From Eubacteriales bacterium (lineage in GTDB: Bacteria; Bacillota; Clostridia; Oscillospirales; CAG-382), in the NCBI GenBank assembly GCA_045536935.1, contig JAZSOO010000005.1:2804-66803 (forward strand): 64,000 bases of DNA, written 5' to 3'. This document shows positions 38,645-47,333 of this stretch, one piece after another. A program made the position numbers and the translations under genes. The notes under the pieces are model-generated. The model worked only from the letters and a program-made list of their open reading frames with translations, searched no databases and was not told the DNA's origin. How positions within the stretch are numbered: the first letter of the stretch is position 1; each line of letters begins with the position of its first letter.

Positions 38645-41600
38645 TTATGCATCAATAGTAGAAATTGTCAACGTTGTTTCTTCAAGAACATCAAGAAGAA
38701 CACGAACCGTATCGAGAGCAGTGAAGATAGTTACGTTATTATCGGTTGCGCAACGGCGTATTTCATAACCGTCGTAATTCTGAGAATCTTCACCGATGTC
38801 ACGGGTGTTGATAACGTATGCGATATGTCCCTGACGGATCGCATCGGGAATTTCGTTGGGATCTTCGCTGATCTTCTTGAGAACGTGGGTTCTTATGCCG
38901 TTGCTCTTCAAGAAGCTTGCGGTGCCTGCGGTTGCCTGAATATTAAAGCCGAGGTTATAGAAACGGCGGATGAGAGGAAGTGCTTCTTCCTTATCCTTAT
39001 CGGCAACGGTAACGAACACGGTACCGTAGTTCTGCAAGTGCATACCCGATGCCTGAAGTGCTTTATAAAGCGCACGGTTGATAGTATCGTCATAGCCGAT
39101 AGCTTCACCGGTGGACTTCATTTCGGGAGAGAGGTATGCGTCGAGTCCACGGATCTTGCTGAAGGAGAAGACAGGAACCTTTACATACCAACGGGATTTT
39201 TCGTCGGGATAGATATCGAATATTCCCTGTTCCTTAAGGCTCTTACCGAGAATAACTTCGGTTGCTATATCTGCAAGACTGTAACCCGTCGCCTTCGACA
39301 AGAACGGAACGGTTCTCGAAGATCGGGGGTTGACTTCGATGATATAAACGTTATCGTTATCATCAACGATAAACTGGATATTGTAAAGACCAACGATGCC
39401 GATACCCAAGCCGAGTTTTTTAGCGTACTGAAGGATAGTGCCCTTGACCTTATCGGAGATACTGAAGGAAGGATATACCGAGATAGAGTCGCCGCTATGG
39501 ACACCGGTACGTTCAACAAGTTCCATAATACCGGGAACGAAAACGTCGCGTCCGTCGCAGATTGCGTCAACCTCGACTTCTCTGCCCATTATATATTTAT
39601 CAACGAGAACGGGTTTATCTTCGTCGATTTCAACGGCGGTACGGAGATATTTTCTCAACTGGTCTTCGTTTGCAACGATCTGCATTGCTCTGCCGCCGAG
39701 AACGAAGCTCGGACGAACGAGAACGGGATAGCCGATTTCTGCAGCCGCAGCGATACCGTCTTCGATCTTTGTAACTGCCTTACCCTTCGGCTGAGGAATG
39801 TTGAGAGAAGCGAGAATCTTTTCGAAAGAGTCACGGTTTTCTGCACGTTCGATCGCATCGCAATCGGTACCGATTATCTTGACCCCTCTCTTCATCAACG
39901 GTTCTGCAAGATTGATTGCAGTCTGTCCGCCGAGAGATGCAATTACTCCCAAGGGTTTTTCGAGTTCGATGATGTTCATTACATCTTCGGGAGTGAGCGG
40001 TTCGAAATAGAGTTTATCTGCGGTAGTATAGTCGGTGGAAACGGTTTCGGGGTTATTGTTTACGATAATTGCTTCATAGCCCGAATTTTTGATCGTTGTT
40101 ACAGCGTGAACGGTCGAATAGTCGAATTCAACACCCTGACCGATACGGATAGGACCTGCACCGAGAACGATGATCTTTTCTTTATCGGTGACGATAGAAG
40201 TGTTTTCGCCCGTATAGGAAGAATAGAAATACGGGATATATGCACCTGTGTGGCAGGTATCAACCATACGATATACAGGGAAAAGCTTGTTTGCTTTTCT
40301 GATATCGAAAATTTCAAGTTCGGTCTTGTTCCAGAGTTTCGCGATGATCTTATCACAGAAGCCCATTTTCTTTGCTTCGGCAAGAACTTCGAGATTGCCG
40401 ATATTATCGGACAATTTGCTTTCCATTGCGACGATATTCGCAAAGCCATCGAGGAAGTATTTGGTTATCTTTGTGATTCCAAAAATCGTGTCGGTAGAAA
40501 CGCCGTTACGGATAAGTTCGCAGATTGCGAAAACGTTATCGTCCTTGAATTCCTTGATATATTCAAGAAGTTCGTCGGTGGACATATTCATGAATTTCGG
40601 GATTCTGTAATGGTCTGCACCCGTTTCGAGAGAACGTACCGCTTTGAGCAAACATTCTTCGAGGTTGCTGCCGATACTCATGATTTCGCCGGTTGCCTTC
40701 ATCTGTGTACCGAGAGTATTAGGCGCTGTTGCGAATTTATCGAACGGGAAACGAGGAAGTTTTGCAATTATATAGTCAAGCGCAGGTTCGAAAGCAGCGT
40801 TGGTATTTGCGATTGCGATATCTTCGAGAGCCATACCGACGGCAATCTTTGCGGTTACACGTGCAATCGGGTATCCGCTTGCTTTGGAAGCGAGTGCGGA
40901 AGAACGGGAAACACGGGGGTTGACTTCGATGAGATAATATTGGCTGGAGTTGGGGTCAAGAGCGAACTGAACGTTACAGCCGCCTTCGATCTTAAGCTCA
41001 CGGATTATCTTGATTGCGCTGTCGTTGAGCATCTTTTGGTCGTGTTCGCTCAAGGTCATTATAGGAGCGACAACGATAGAGTCGCCGGTATGAACACCGA
41101 CAGGGTCAATATTTTCCATACCGCATATCGTTATTGCGTGGTCGTTGGAGTCACGCATAACCTCAAACTCGATTTCTTTATAGCCCTTAACGCTCTTTTC
41201 GATAAGAACCTGATGAACGGGAGAAAGTTTGAATGCATTCAAGCCGACTTCGACAAGTTCTTCTTCGTTATATGCAAAGCCGCCGCCTGTTCCGCCGAGA
41301 GTGAATGCAGGACGGAGAACGACGGGATAGCCGATCTCAGCAGCCGCCTTCTTTGCTTCTTCGATATTATAGGTGATCTCGGAAGGAATGATAGGTTCGC
41401 CGATAGACTGGCAAAGCTCCTTGAAAAGCTCTCTGTCCTCTGCCCTCTCGATACTTTCGCTGCTTGTTCCGAGAAGTTCGACTTCACATTCCTTAAGCAC
41501 GCCCTTCTTTTCAAGCTGCATAGCAAGGTTAAGACCCGTCTGACCGCCGATACCGGGAAGTATTGCGTCGGGACGTTCGTAACGCAATATCTTTGCGATA

Positions 41601-41818
41601 TATTCAAGAGTTAACGGTTCCATATAGACCTTATCGGCGATAGTAGTATCCGTCATAATGGTTGCAGGGTTGGAGGTGCAGAGTACAACTTCATAGCCCT
41701 CTTCTTTGAGAGCAAGGCAAGCTTGGGTACCCGCATAGTCGAATTCAGCCGCCTGACCGATTACGATAGGGCCGGAGCCTATGATCAAAATCTTTTTTAA
41801 ATCTGTTCTCTTTGCCAT
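38645..41818 (-). CDS. carB: carbamoyl-phosphate synthase large subunit
   Basis: 1057 aa with duplicated ATP-grasp halves, an N-terminus KKILIIGSGPIVIGQAAEFDYAGTQ and a C-terminal MGS-like domain. Confidence 0.97.
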   Translation of the reverse strand: MAKRTDLKKILIIGSGPIVIGQAAEFDYAGTQACLALKEEGYEVVLCTSNPATIMTDTTIADKVYMEPLTLEYIAKILRYERPDAILPGIGGQTGLNLAMQLEKKGVLKECEVELLGTSSESIERAEDRELFKELCQSIGEPIIPSEITYNIEEAKKAAAEIGYPVVLRPAFTLGGTGGGFAYNEEELVEVGLNAFKLSPVHQVLIEKSVKGYKEIEFEVMRDSNDHAITICGMENIDPVGVHTGDSIVVAPIMTLSEHDQKMLNDSAIKIIRELKIEGGCNVQFALDPNSSQYYLIEVNPRVSRSSALASKASGYPIARVTAKIAVGMALEDIAIANTNAAFEPALDYIIAKLPRFPFDKFATAPNTLGTQMKATGEIMSIGSNLEECLLKAVRSLETGADHYRIPKFMNMSTDELLEYIKEFKDDNVFAICELIRNGVSTDTIFGITKITKYFLDGFANIVAMESKLSDNIGNLEVLAEAKKMGFCDKIIAKLWNKTELEIFDIRKANKLFPVYRMVDTCHTGAYIPYFYSSYTGENTSIVTDKEKIIVLGAGPIRIGQGVEFDYSTVHAVTTIKNSGYEAIIVNNNPETVSTDYTTADKLYFEPLTPEDVMNIIELEKPLGVIASLGGQTAINLAEPLMKRGVKIIGTDCDAIERAENRDSFEKILASLNIPQPKGKAVTKIEDGIAAAAEIGYPVLVRPSFVLGGRAMQIVANEDQLRKYLRTAVEIDEDKPVLVDKYIMGREVEVDAICDGRDVFVPGIMELVERTGVHSGDSISVYPSFSISDKVKGTILQYAKKLGLGIGIVGLYNIQFIVDDNDNVYIIEVNPRSSRTVPFLSKATGYSLADIATEVILGKSLKEQGIFDIYPDEKSRWYVKVPVFSFSKIRGLDAYLSPEMKSTGEAIGYDDTINRALYKALQASGMHLQNYGTVFVTVADKDKEEALPLIRRFYNLGFNIQATAGTASFLKSNGIRTHVLKKISEDPNEIPDAIRQGHIAYVINTRDIGEDSQNYDGYEIRRCATDNNVTIFTALDTVRVLLDVLEETTLTISTIDA

Positions 41819-41838
41819 TTTATTTCTCCTATTTAAAG

Positions 41839-43059
41839 TTAATTATTTTCATTCTTATAGACAACTTTTCCGTTGCAAACGGTAAGCTCGCAAACGCCGA
41901 AAAGCTTTTCGCCGAGGAAGGGGGTTGCTTTTCCTTTTGAAAGGAATTCTTCGGGATCTACCGTGAATTCCTTATTGAGATTCCAAACGGTTATATCGTC
42001 GCCCATCGGAATACCGAACCTCTTTCTCGGATTAATGCAGAGAAGGTCGACCAATTTCTCGAGCGTTATGATATTCGTCTTTACCAATTTAGTATAAAGC
42101 ACAGGAAGTGCCGTTTCCAAGCCTACGATACCAAAGGCACTCTTTTCGAGTCCTTTGGATTTTTCTTCGGCAGAATGGGGTGCGTGGTCGGTCGCTATCA
42201 TATCGATAGTACCGTCGCAGATGCCTTCGATCAGCGCAAGTCTGTCTTCCTTGCCACGAAGCGGAGGATTCATTTTGAATCTGCCGTCCTCTTGAAGGTC
42301 GCTATCATCCATAACGAGATAGTGAGGCGCAGTCTCGCAGGTTATATCAACACCGTCTTTTTTTGCCTGTCTTATTGCCTCGACGCTTTCTTTTGTTGAG
42401 ATATGGCAGACGTGGTATTTACACCCTGTTTCTTTTGCAAGTTTTATATCACGTATTATCTGTTCGTATTCGCTTGCCGAGCATATTCCACGGTGGTTAT
42501 GCTCTTTTGCATAAACGCCGTCGTGGATATATCCGCCCTTAAGGAGAGAATTGACTTCGCAATGTGCGACGATCATTTTGCCGAGCGATTTTGCTTTTAT
42601 CATAGCATTACGCATCATTTCATCGCTTTGCACGCCCCTGCCGTCATCGGAAAAGGCTATTGCATCTGTCAGCGATTCCATATCCGAAAGTTCGTTACCC
42701 GCTTCATTCACGGTTATTGCCGCATAGGGATAGACGTTTATTACCGAATCACGTTCTATTAATTCAAGCTGCAAAGCAAGGTTTTCTTTACTGTCGGGCA
42801 CAGGGTTTAGGTTCGGCATCGTGCAGACAGCGGTATATCCGCCACGAGCCGCCGAACGAGAGCCCGAGGCAATCGTCTCTTTATAAGAAAAACCCGGTTC
42901 ACGAAAATGCACATGCACATCGCAAAAGCCGGGAAAAATACAATATTCATTATTTTCGGGGAGCAAATGAGAAAAAGAGGAAAAAACACCCTCGGTGTTA
43001 ACATCGAACGTAGGATGCGTAGCAGACGAGATGAATTTGTGCTTGAACGTTGCAGACAT
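41839..43059 (-). CDS. pyrC: dihydroorotase
   Basis: Metal-binding DVHVHFREPG motif and amidohydrolase fold. It is the first gene of the pyr operon, with AAGAGG upstream of the ATG. Confidence 0.88.
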   Translation of the reverse strand: MSATFKHKFISSATHPTFDVNTEGVFSSFSHLLPENNEYCIFPGFCDVHVHFREPGFSYKETIASGSRSAARGGYTAVCTMPNLNPVPDSKENLALQLELIERDSVINVYPYAAITVNEAGNELSDMESLTDAIAFSDDGRGVQSDEMMRNAMIKAKSLGKMIVAHCEVNSLLKGGYIHDGVYAKEHNHRGICSASEYEQIIRDIKLAKETGCKYHVCHISTKESVEAIRQAKKDGVDITCETAPHYLVMDDSDLQEDGRFKMNPPLRGKEDRLALIEGICDGTIDMIATDHAPHSAEEKSKGLEKSAFGIVGLETALPVLYTKLVKTNIITLEKLVDLLCINPRKRFGIPMGDDITVWNLNKEFTVDPEEFLSKGKATPFLGEKLFGVCELTVCNGKVVYKNENN

Positions 43060-43075
43060 ACAGTACCTCTTTTTT

Positions 43076-43106
43076 ACAAAAAACGCAAGATTTTACCCTT
43101 GCGTAT
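43076..43106 (-). promoter_or_regulatory. terminator-type attenuator hairpin in the pyr leader
   Basis: On the minus strand, ACGCAAG-GGTAAAAT-CTTGCGT followed by TTTTTGT, located between the promoter and the pyrC RBS. Confidence 0.55.
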
Positions 43107-43117
43107 TTATTTGAAAA

Positions 43118-43146
43118 ATTATAACATACGACTCAAATATTGTCAA
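43118..43146 (-). promoter_or_regulatory. consensus sigma-70 promoter of the pyr operon
   Basis: On the minus strand, TTGACA (43146-43141), a 17-nt spacer, then TATAAT (43123-43118). Confidence 0.7.
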
Positions 43147-43205
43147 TATGACATTTCGAACAAAAGCAACAGATTTTATCCGAAATGTCATATCATTTTT
43201 TTACA

Positions 43206-44192
43206 TTAAAGCAGTTTTGCACGAAGTTCTTCGGGGGTGGACATACTTAAATATGCAGGAGCAATATCGAACACGGTCTTACAGCCCGATGCACCCTCTT
43301 TATTAAGGCGGTACGCCGCACGGGCATAGGCAACGATTACCGATGCAGTAAATTCGGGGTTGGAATCCAATTTTAAGCTATATTCGATAATATGGCTGTT
43401 TTCTGAATCAAAGCCCGTCTTTCCGCTTCTTATTACAAATCCGCCGTGAGGGATTCCGCCATGGTCACGTTTTAATTCCTCAAGCGTTATGAAATGAACC
43501 GTCGTATCGTAATCGGCAAAATAGTTGGGCATCGTTTTGATCTCATTTTCAATACGAGCCTTATCTGCGCCTTCTTCTGCAACGACGAAGCATTCACGGA
43601 TATGTTTTTCTCTTGTTGTAAGTTCGGGATTGACTCCGCTTCTTACAGCATCAAGAGCACTGTCGACGGGAATTGTATACTGTTTTGCATCAAGAACGCC
43701 TTCGATACGTCTTATAGCATCGGAATGGCCTTGCGAAACACCCTTACCCCAGAAGGTATAGTCCTTGCCTTCGGGAAGGATCGCAGAGGCATACAAACGG
43801 TTAAGGGAGAACATACCGGGGTCCCAACCGCAGGAGATTATGCCGACCTTACCCGATTCTTTTGCAGATTCGTCTACGTTCGCAAAATGCTCGGGGATAC
43901 GGGCGTGGGTATCAAAGCTGTCAACGACGTTAAAATATTTCACAAGCGCAGGAGTTTGAACGGGAAGGTCGGTCGCACTGCCACCGCAAAGTATCATAAC
44001 GTCGATATCGTTTACAAGCTCGGGCGCTTTATCAACATGATAAACGGGAACGCCTTCGGTTCTTATTTTTAAAGTTTCAGGTGCACGGCGTGTGAATACC
44101 GCAGAAAGCTTTAAATCGGGATTTTGTCTTATTGCGGATTCGACACCCCTTCCAAGGTTGCCGTAGCCGTAAATACCAATACGTATACTCAT
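43206..44192 (-). CDS. ddh: meso-diaminopimelate D-dehydrogenase
   Basis: 328 aa with MSIRIGIYGYGNLGRG, CGGSATD and WDPG motifs characteristic of Ddh. Confidence 0.88.
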   Translation of the reverse strand: MSIRIGIYGYGNLGRGVESAIRQNPDLKLSAVFTRRAPETLKIRTEGVPVYHVDKAPELVNDIDVMILCGGSATDLPVQTPALVKYFNVVDSFDTHARIPEHFANVDESAKESGKVGIISCGWDPGMFSLNRLYASAILPEGKDYTFWGKGVSQGHSDAIRRIEGVLDAKQYTIPVDSALDAVRSGVNPELTTREKHIRECFVVAEEGADKARIENEIKTMPNYFADYDTTVHFITLEELKRDHGGIPHGGFVIRSGKTGFDSENSHIIEYSLKLDSNPEFTASVIVAYARAAYRLNKEGASGCKTVFDIAPAYLSMSTPEELRAKLL

Positions 44193-44278
44193 TTTATAAT
44201 TCCTCCGTAGGAGTTAAAAATAATTTAAGATATAATAACACAGCGGAATACGATTTTCAATAATTTAATGCAAATTTT

Positions 44279-44452
44279 TTAGTCGATAATCGTATATTCA
44301 AGCATTTCATAATGCAGTTTCGTGCCTATATCGACACCGAGAGGAAGAAGTGCAAGGGCAATAAAAAGTTCGTCGTCACTCGAGCCGTTTATTTCACGAA
44401 GATAGGCATATTCGCCCTCGATTTTTGTTACAACATAATCCTTTGGAATCAT
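44279..44452 (-). CDS. small protein (57 aa), DUF3006-like
   Basis: This ORF is not in the supplied track because it is under 60 aa. Sequence is MIPKDYVVTKIEGEYAYLREINGSSDDELFIALALLPLGVDIGTKLHYEMLEYTIID. AAGAGG lies 7 nt upstream of the ATG, and a TTGAAA-17-TATAAT promoter is upstream. Confidence 0.5.
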   Translation of the reverse strand: MIPKDYVVTKIEGEYAYLREINGSSDDELFIALALLPLGVDIGTKLHYEMLEYTIID

Positions 44453-44520
44453 AGTTTACCTCTTTTTGTTTTATACAAAGACATTATACCACTTATACTC
44501 CCCTATTTCAATATAAATCT

Positions 44521-44562
44521 CCCCAAGAAGTCTAACGACTTCTTGAGGACCCCGACAAAAAA
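44521..44562 (+). repeat. 42-nt hairpin-ACCCCGACAAAAAA module, copy B
   Basis: CCCCAAGAAGTC-TAAC-GACTTCTTGAGG followed by ACCCCGACAAAAAA. It is 39/42 identical to 8739-8780. Confidence 0.8.
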
Positions 44563-44596
44563 CAGCCTGACGAGATTAAACGTCAGGCTGAAACGA
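44563..44596 (-). terminator. intrinsic terminator of the permease / small-membrane-protein operon
   Basis: On the minus strand, CAGCCTGACG-tttaatct-CGTCAGGCTG followed by TTTTTT. Confidence 0.75.
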
Positions 44597-44869
44597 TTAT
44601 TTTTTCTTTTTCTCGGAATTAAGTGCCATTTCTCCGTTAAGATACATAGCAAGAAGACCGAAGAGAACGAGAATTACAGATGCTTTGATGATATAAGGGA
44701 AGATCGTTTTATAGATGACCGTGCAAATCTCGGTTGCGGTCTCACCGCCGATTATCAGTGCCGCCATATATCCGAAGAAGGTCAAACCGCCGCCGAGAAG
44801 GCAGATAGTTACGCCGTAACCGAAGATGGTTTTCATTACGTTTGAAATTTTACTGCATATATTCTTCAT
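44597..44869 (-). CDS. small membrane protein (90 aa, 2-3 TM segments)
   Basis: Hydrophobic ORF with AAGGAG 6 nt upstream of its ATG, starting 10 nt after the permease stop, so probably co-transcribed. Confidence 0.65.
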   Translation of the reverse strand: MKNICSKISNVMKTIFGYGVTICLLGGGLTFFGYMAALIIGGETATEICTVIYKTIFPYIIKASVILVLFGLLAMYLNGEMALNSEKKKK

Positions 44870-44879
44870 AACAATCTCC

Positions 44880-46238
44880 TTACATTCCGAATATCGGGAG
44901 CCAGCCCATCAAAACGACAACTTCAAGAATAAACTGAGCAGCAACCCACCACAAATTGTTATTAAAGGTCTTTTTGAAGTCCGATTCCGCCAAAGTCATA
45001 CCTGCATACATACCCAATCCGAGAGGCGGAGTTATACCGCACATTACGCCGCAGATACAAGGAAGCATTGCAGCGGCAAGGATAGGATCGCAGCCTGCAT
45101 TTGCAAGAACCGTTATAAACATCGGGCCAAAGATTACGGTAAGAGAAGAACCGGGAACGACCATGCCCATAAAGCAGGTTATCAAACAGATCGCAACAAC
45201 AGTTCCTAAATGTCCGAAGTTCCAAGCAGAGATTATTTCTCCCATTTCGCCTGCAACGTCGAGTTCACCGAAGAGGGAGCCTATCATATATCCGAATACG
45301 CAAACTGCGATAGAAGGAACGATGGTCTTAACGCTCTTTGCGAACATTTTGGACATACCGTTAAAGCCGACAAGCTTTTTATCCTTCGTAACAAGGCAGG
45401 TATAGATCGTTGCAATACCGCCGACGAAGAGAAGAACGGATTTCGAGAAATAGCCCGCACCGACTGCGCCGAGACGTTCGGTAAAGAAGCCGTCGGTGAG
45501 CGCATAGTCGAGGATAAAGGGAACGATGATTATAAAAGGAAGGAGCAAGCCTTTCCAACCGGTCTTGAGAGTTTCCTTAAAATCAGGAAGATCTTCTTTT
45601 GCCATAGGCTTGACCTTATAATACTTACAGAAAGCCCAAACCATAGACAATCTTTGGATAATAAACCAGAATGAAACACCCCAAAGGATCATCCAAAACT
45701 GACCGTTGGTCATACCGCTGTCGGGATAGAGCGCAAGGAACGCACCCAAAGCAGCAACGATGTTAGTAGAGGGAGGGATCATATTACCCATATAGCTTGA
45801 GTTGCTTTCGATATTAGCGGCAAGCTCGGGCGGGAATCCGGTACGTTTCATCAAAGGTATTGTTATAGCACCCGTTGCCATAACGTTGCCGGGACCGGAA
45901 CCGGAAAGAGCACCCATAAACGCACTTGCGATTACGGAAGCATAGCCTGCGCCGCCGGTCACACGGCCGACAAGCGAAAGAATTATTGCGATACAGCTAT
46001 CTATAATCTTTGTTTCGGTTAAGATTATCGACATTGCAATAAACGCAACCATAGTGTACAACAACGAGGTTGACAATGCATCGTCAATATAGGTCCAAAC
46101 GTTACCCCAAGTACCCGTTATCGTAAGCAAAAGCAAAAAGCTCACGAGAACGCCTTCGTATATAGGACGTTTGAGAAGCGAGAACCATACTACGATAACA
46201 AGAAGCATGATTCCCAAATAGATAAGAGAAGAAGGCAT
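44880..46238 (-). CDS. TRAP-transporter large-permease (DctM)-like membrane protein
   Basis: 452 aa and polytopic. The segment FMGALSGSGPGNVMATGAITIPLMKRTGFPPELAANIE..NMIPPS resembles the conserved DctM core. Confidence 0.65.
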   Translation of the reverse strand: MPSSLIYLGIMLLVIVVWFSLLKRPIYEGVLVSFLLLLTITGTWGNVWTYIDDALSTSLLYTMVAFIAMSIILTETKIIDSCIAIILSLVGRVTGGAGYASVIASAFMGALSGSGPGNVMATGAITIPLMKRTGFPPELAANIESNSSYMGNMIPPSTNIVAALGAFLALYPDSGMTNGQFWMILWGVSFWFIIQRLSMVWAFCKYYKVKPMAKEDLPDFKETLKTGWKGLLLPFIIIVPFILDYALTDGFFTERLGAVGAGYFSKSVLLFVGGIATIYTCLVTKDKKLVGFNGMSKMFAKSVKTIVPSIAVCVFGYMIGSLFGELDVAGEMGEIISAWNFGHLGTVVAICLITCFMGMVVPGSSLTVIFGPMFITVLANAGCDPILAAAMLPCICGVMCGITPPLGLGMYAGMTLAESDFKKTFNNNLWWVAAQFILEVVVLMGWLPIFGM

Positions 46239-46409
46239 ACTATATTTCTCCTTTTTGGTATTTCTGCACGGTTATGATTTCGATAACCGACAAGTAATAC
46301 TATATCACGTTTTTTTTATTTGTCAAGGGGTTGATTAAAAAAATATTTACTATTGCTTTTTTTATTACAATAGGGTAAAATCATACTGTTACAAAAAGGA
46401 GTGATCTAC

Positions 46410-47291
46410 TTGAATTCACGTCAATTGCAATATGCGATATTATTATCGCAGGAGCTTAATTTCTCTACCGTTGCGGAAAAACTGAATATCACACAGCCTG
46501 CATTAAGCAAGCAGATACTTAATCTTGAAAGTGAATTGGGCGTCAAGCTTTTTGACAGAAGTTGTTCCCCTATCGCTTTGACTCCTGCAGGAGTTTATTT
46601 TATCAGAGAAGCTAAAGAGATCCTTTACAAAGAAGAACAGCTTGTTCGTTCGATGGAAAATTTCAAATCGGGCGACGCAGGCGAATTGGTCATCGGTATT
46701 ACTCCGTTCCGCAGTTCATATCTTATAACCGACGTTATAAAAGAAGTTAAGAAGGCGTTCCCGAAGATCACCGTCAGACTTAACGAAGCAGGAAGTGAGA
46801 TACTCCGAAAAGAAGTTGCCGAGGGGAAATATGATTTTGCTGTAGTAAACCTTCCTGTTGACGATTCTATCCTTGACGTTAAGACACTTGAATCCGACGA
46901 GCTTGTTTTGGCTGTTCCGAAGGCTATACAAACCAATTTCAATTCGAACAATGCGATCGATTTTGAAGAATGCAAGGATATTCCTTTTGTAGTCGTCGGC
47001 AAAACCCAGGAAATGCGACAGCTTTTTGATAAGCTTTGCGCATCGTCGCAATTTAACCCTATCATTGCGGCAGAAGTGGTTGGACTTACGACCGCATGGG
47101 AGGTTGCAAGCTCGGGCATCGGTGCTACGATACTGCCGAAGCAGTTTGTTGAACAAAAAAACAAAAACGGCGATATGATGACCTTTAAGATCAAAAACGA
47201 CCATTATTTAAGACAGCCTGCTATCGTTACCAGAAAAGACCAATATATCTCCAACGCCGCTGAATATGCCATAAAGCTTTTAACGAAATAA
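46410..47291 (+). CDS. LysR-family transcriptional regulator
   Basis: N-terminal LysR HTH (LQYAILLSQELNFSTVAEKLNITQPALSKQILNLESELGVKLFDR). It is divergent from the permease. The TTG at 46410 lies 8 nt after AGGAG. Confidence 0.88.
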   Translation: MNSRQLQYAILLSQELNFSTVAEKLNITQPALSKQILNLESELGVKLFDRSCSPIALTPAGVYFIREAKEILYKEEQLVRSMENFKSGDAGELVIGITPFRSSYLITDVIKEVKKAFPKITVRLNEAGSEILRKEVAEGKYDFAVVNLPVDDSILDVKTLESDELVLAVPKAIQTNFNSNNAIDFEECKDIPFVVVGKTQEMRQLFDKLCASSQFNPIIAAEVVGLTTAWEVASSGIGATILPKQFVEQKNKNGDMMTFKIKNDHYLRQPAIVTRKDQYISNAAEYAIKLLTK

Positions 47292-47293
47292 AC

Positions 47294-47327
47294 AAAAATA
47301 CCGCTGAAAGGTTCAGCGGTATTTTTA
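47294..47327. terminator. bidirectional terminator between the LysR gene and the CHAP protein gene
   Basis: AAAAATACCGCTGAA-ag-GTTCAGCGGTATTTTT. Confidence 0.75.
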
Positions 47328-47333
47328 ATGTTA

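Noticed and set aside
38624-41614. 996-aa plus-strand ORF
   Set aside because: It is entirely antisense to carB, which has unmistakable CPSase motifs. This is a shadow ORF with an odd, Cys/Phe-rich composition and no RBS.
43060-43205. PyrR-dependent attenuator
   Set aside because: No PyrR binding loop consensus and no antiterminator/anti-antiterminator arrangement is present, and there is no pyrR gene in the operon.
44312-44845. 177-aa plus-strand ORF
   Set aside because: It runs antisense through the 57-aa gene, the 42-nt repeat module, a terminator and the 90-aa membrane protein gene. It has no RBS.
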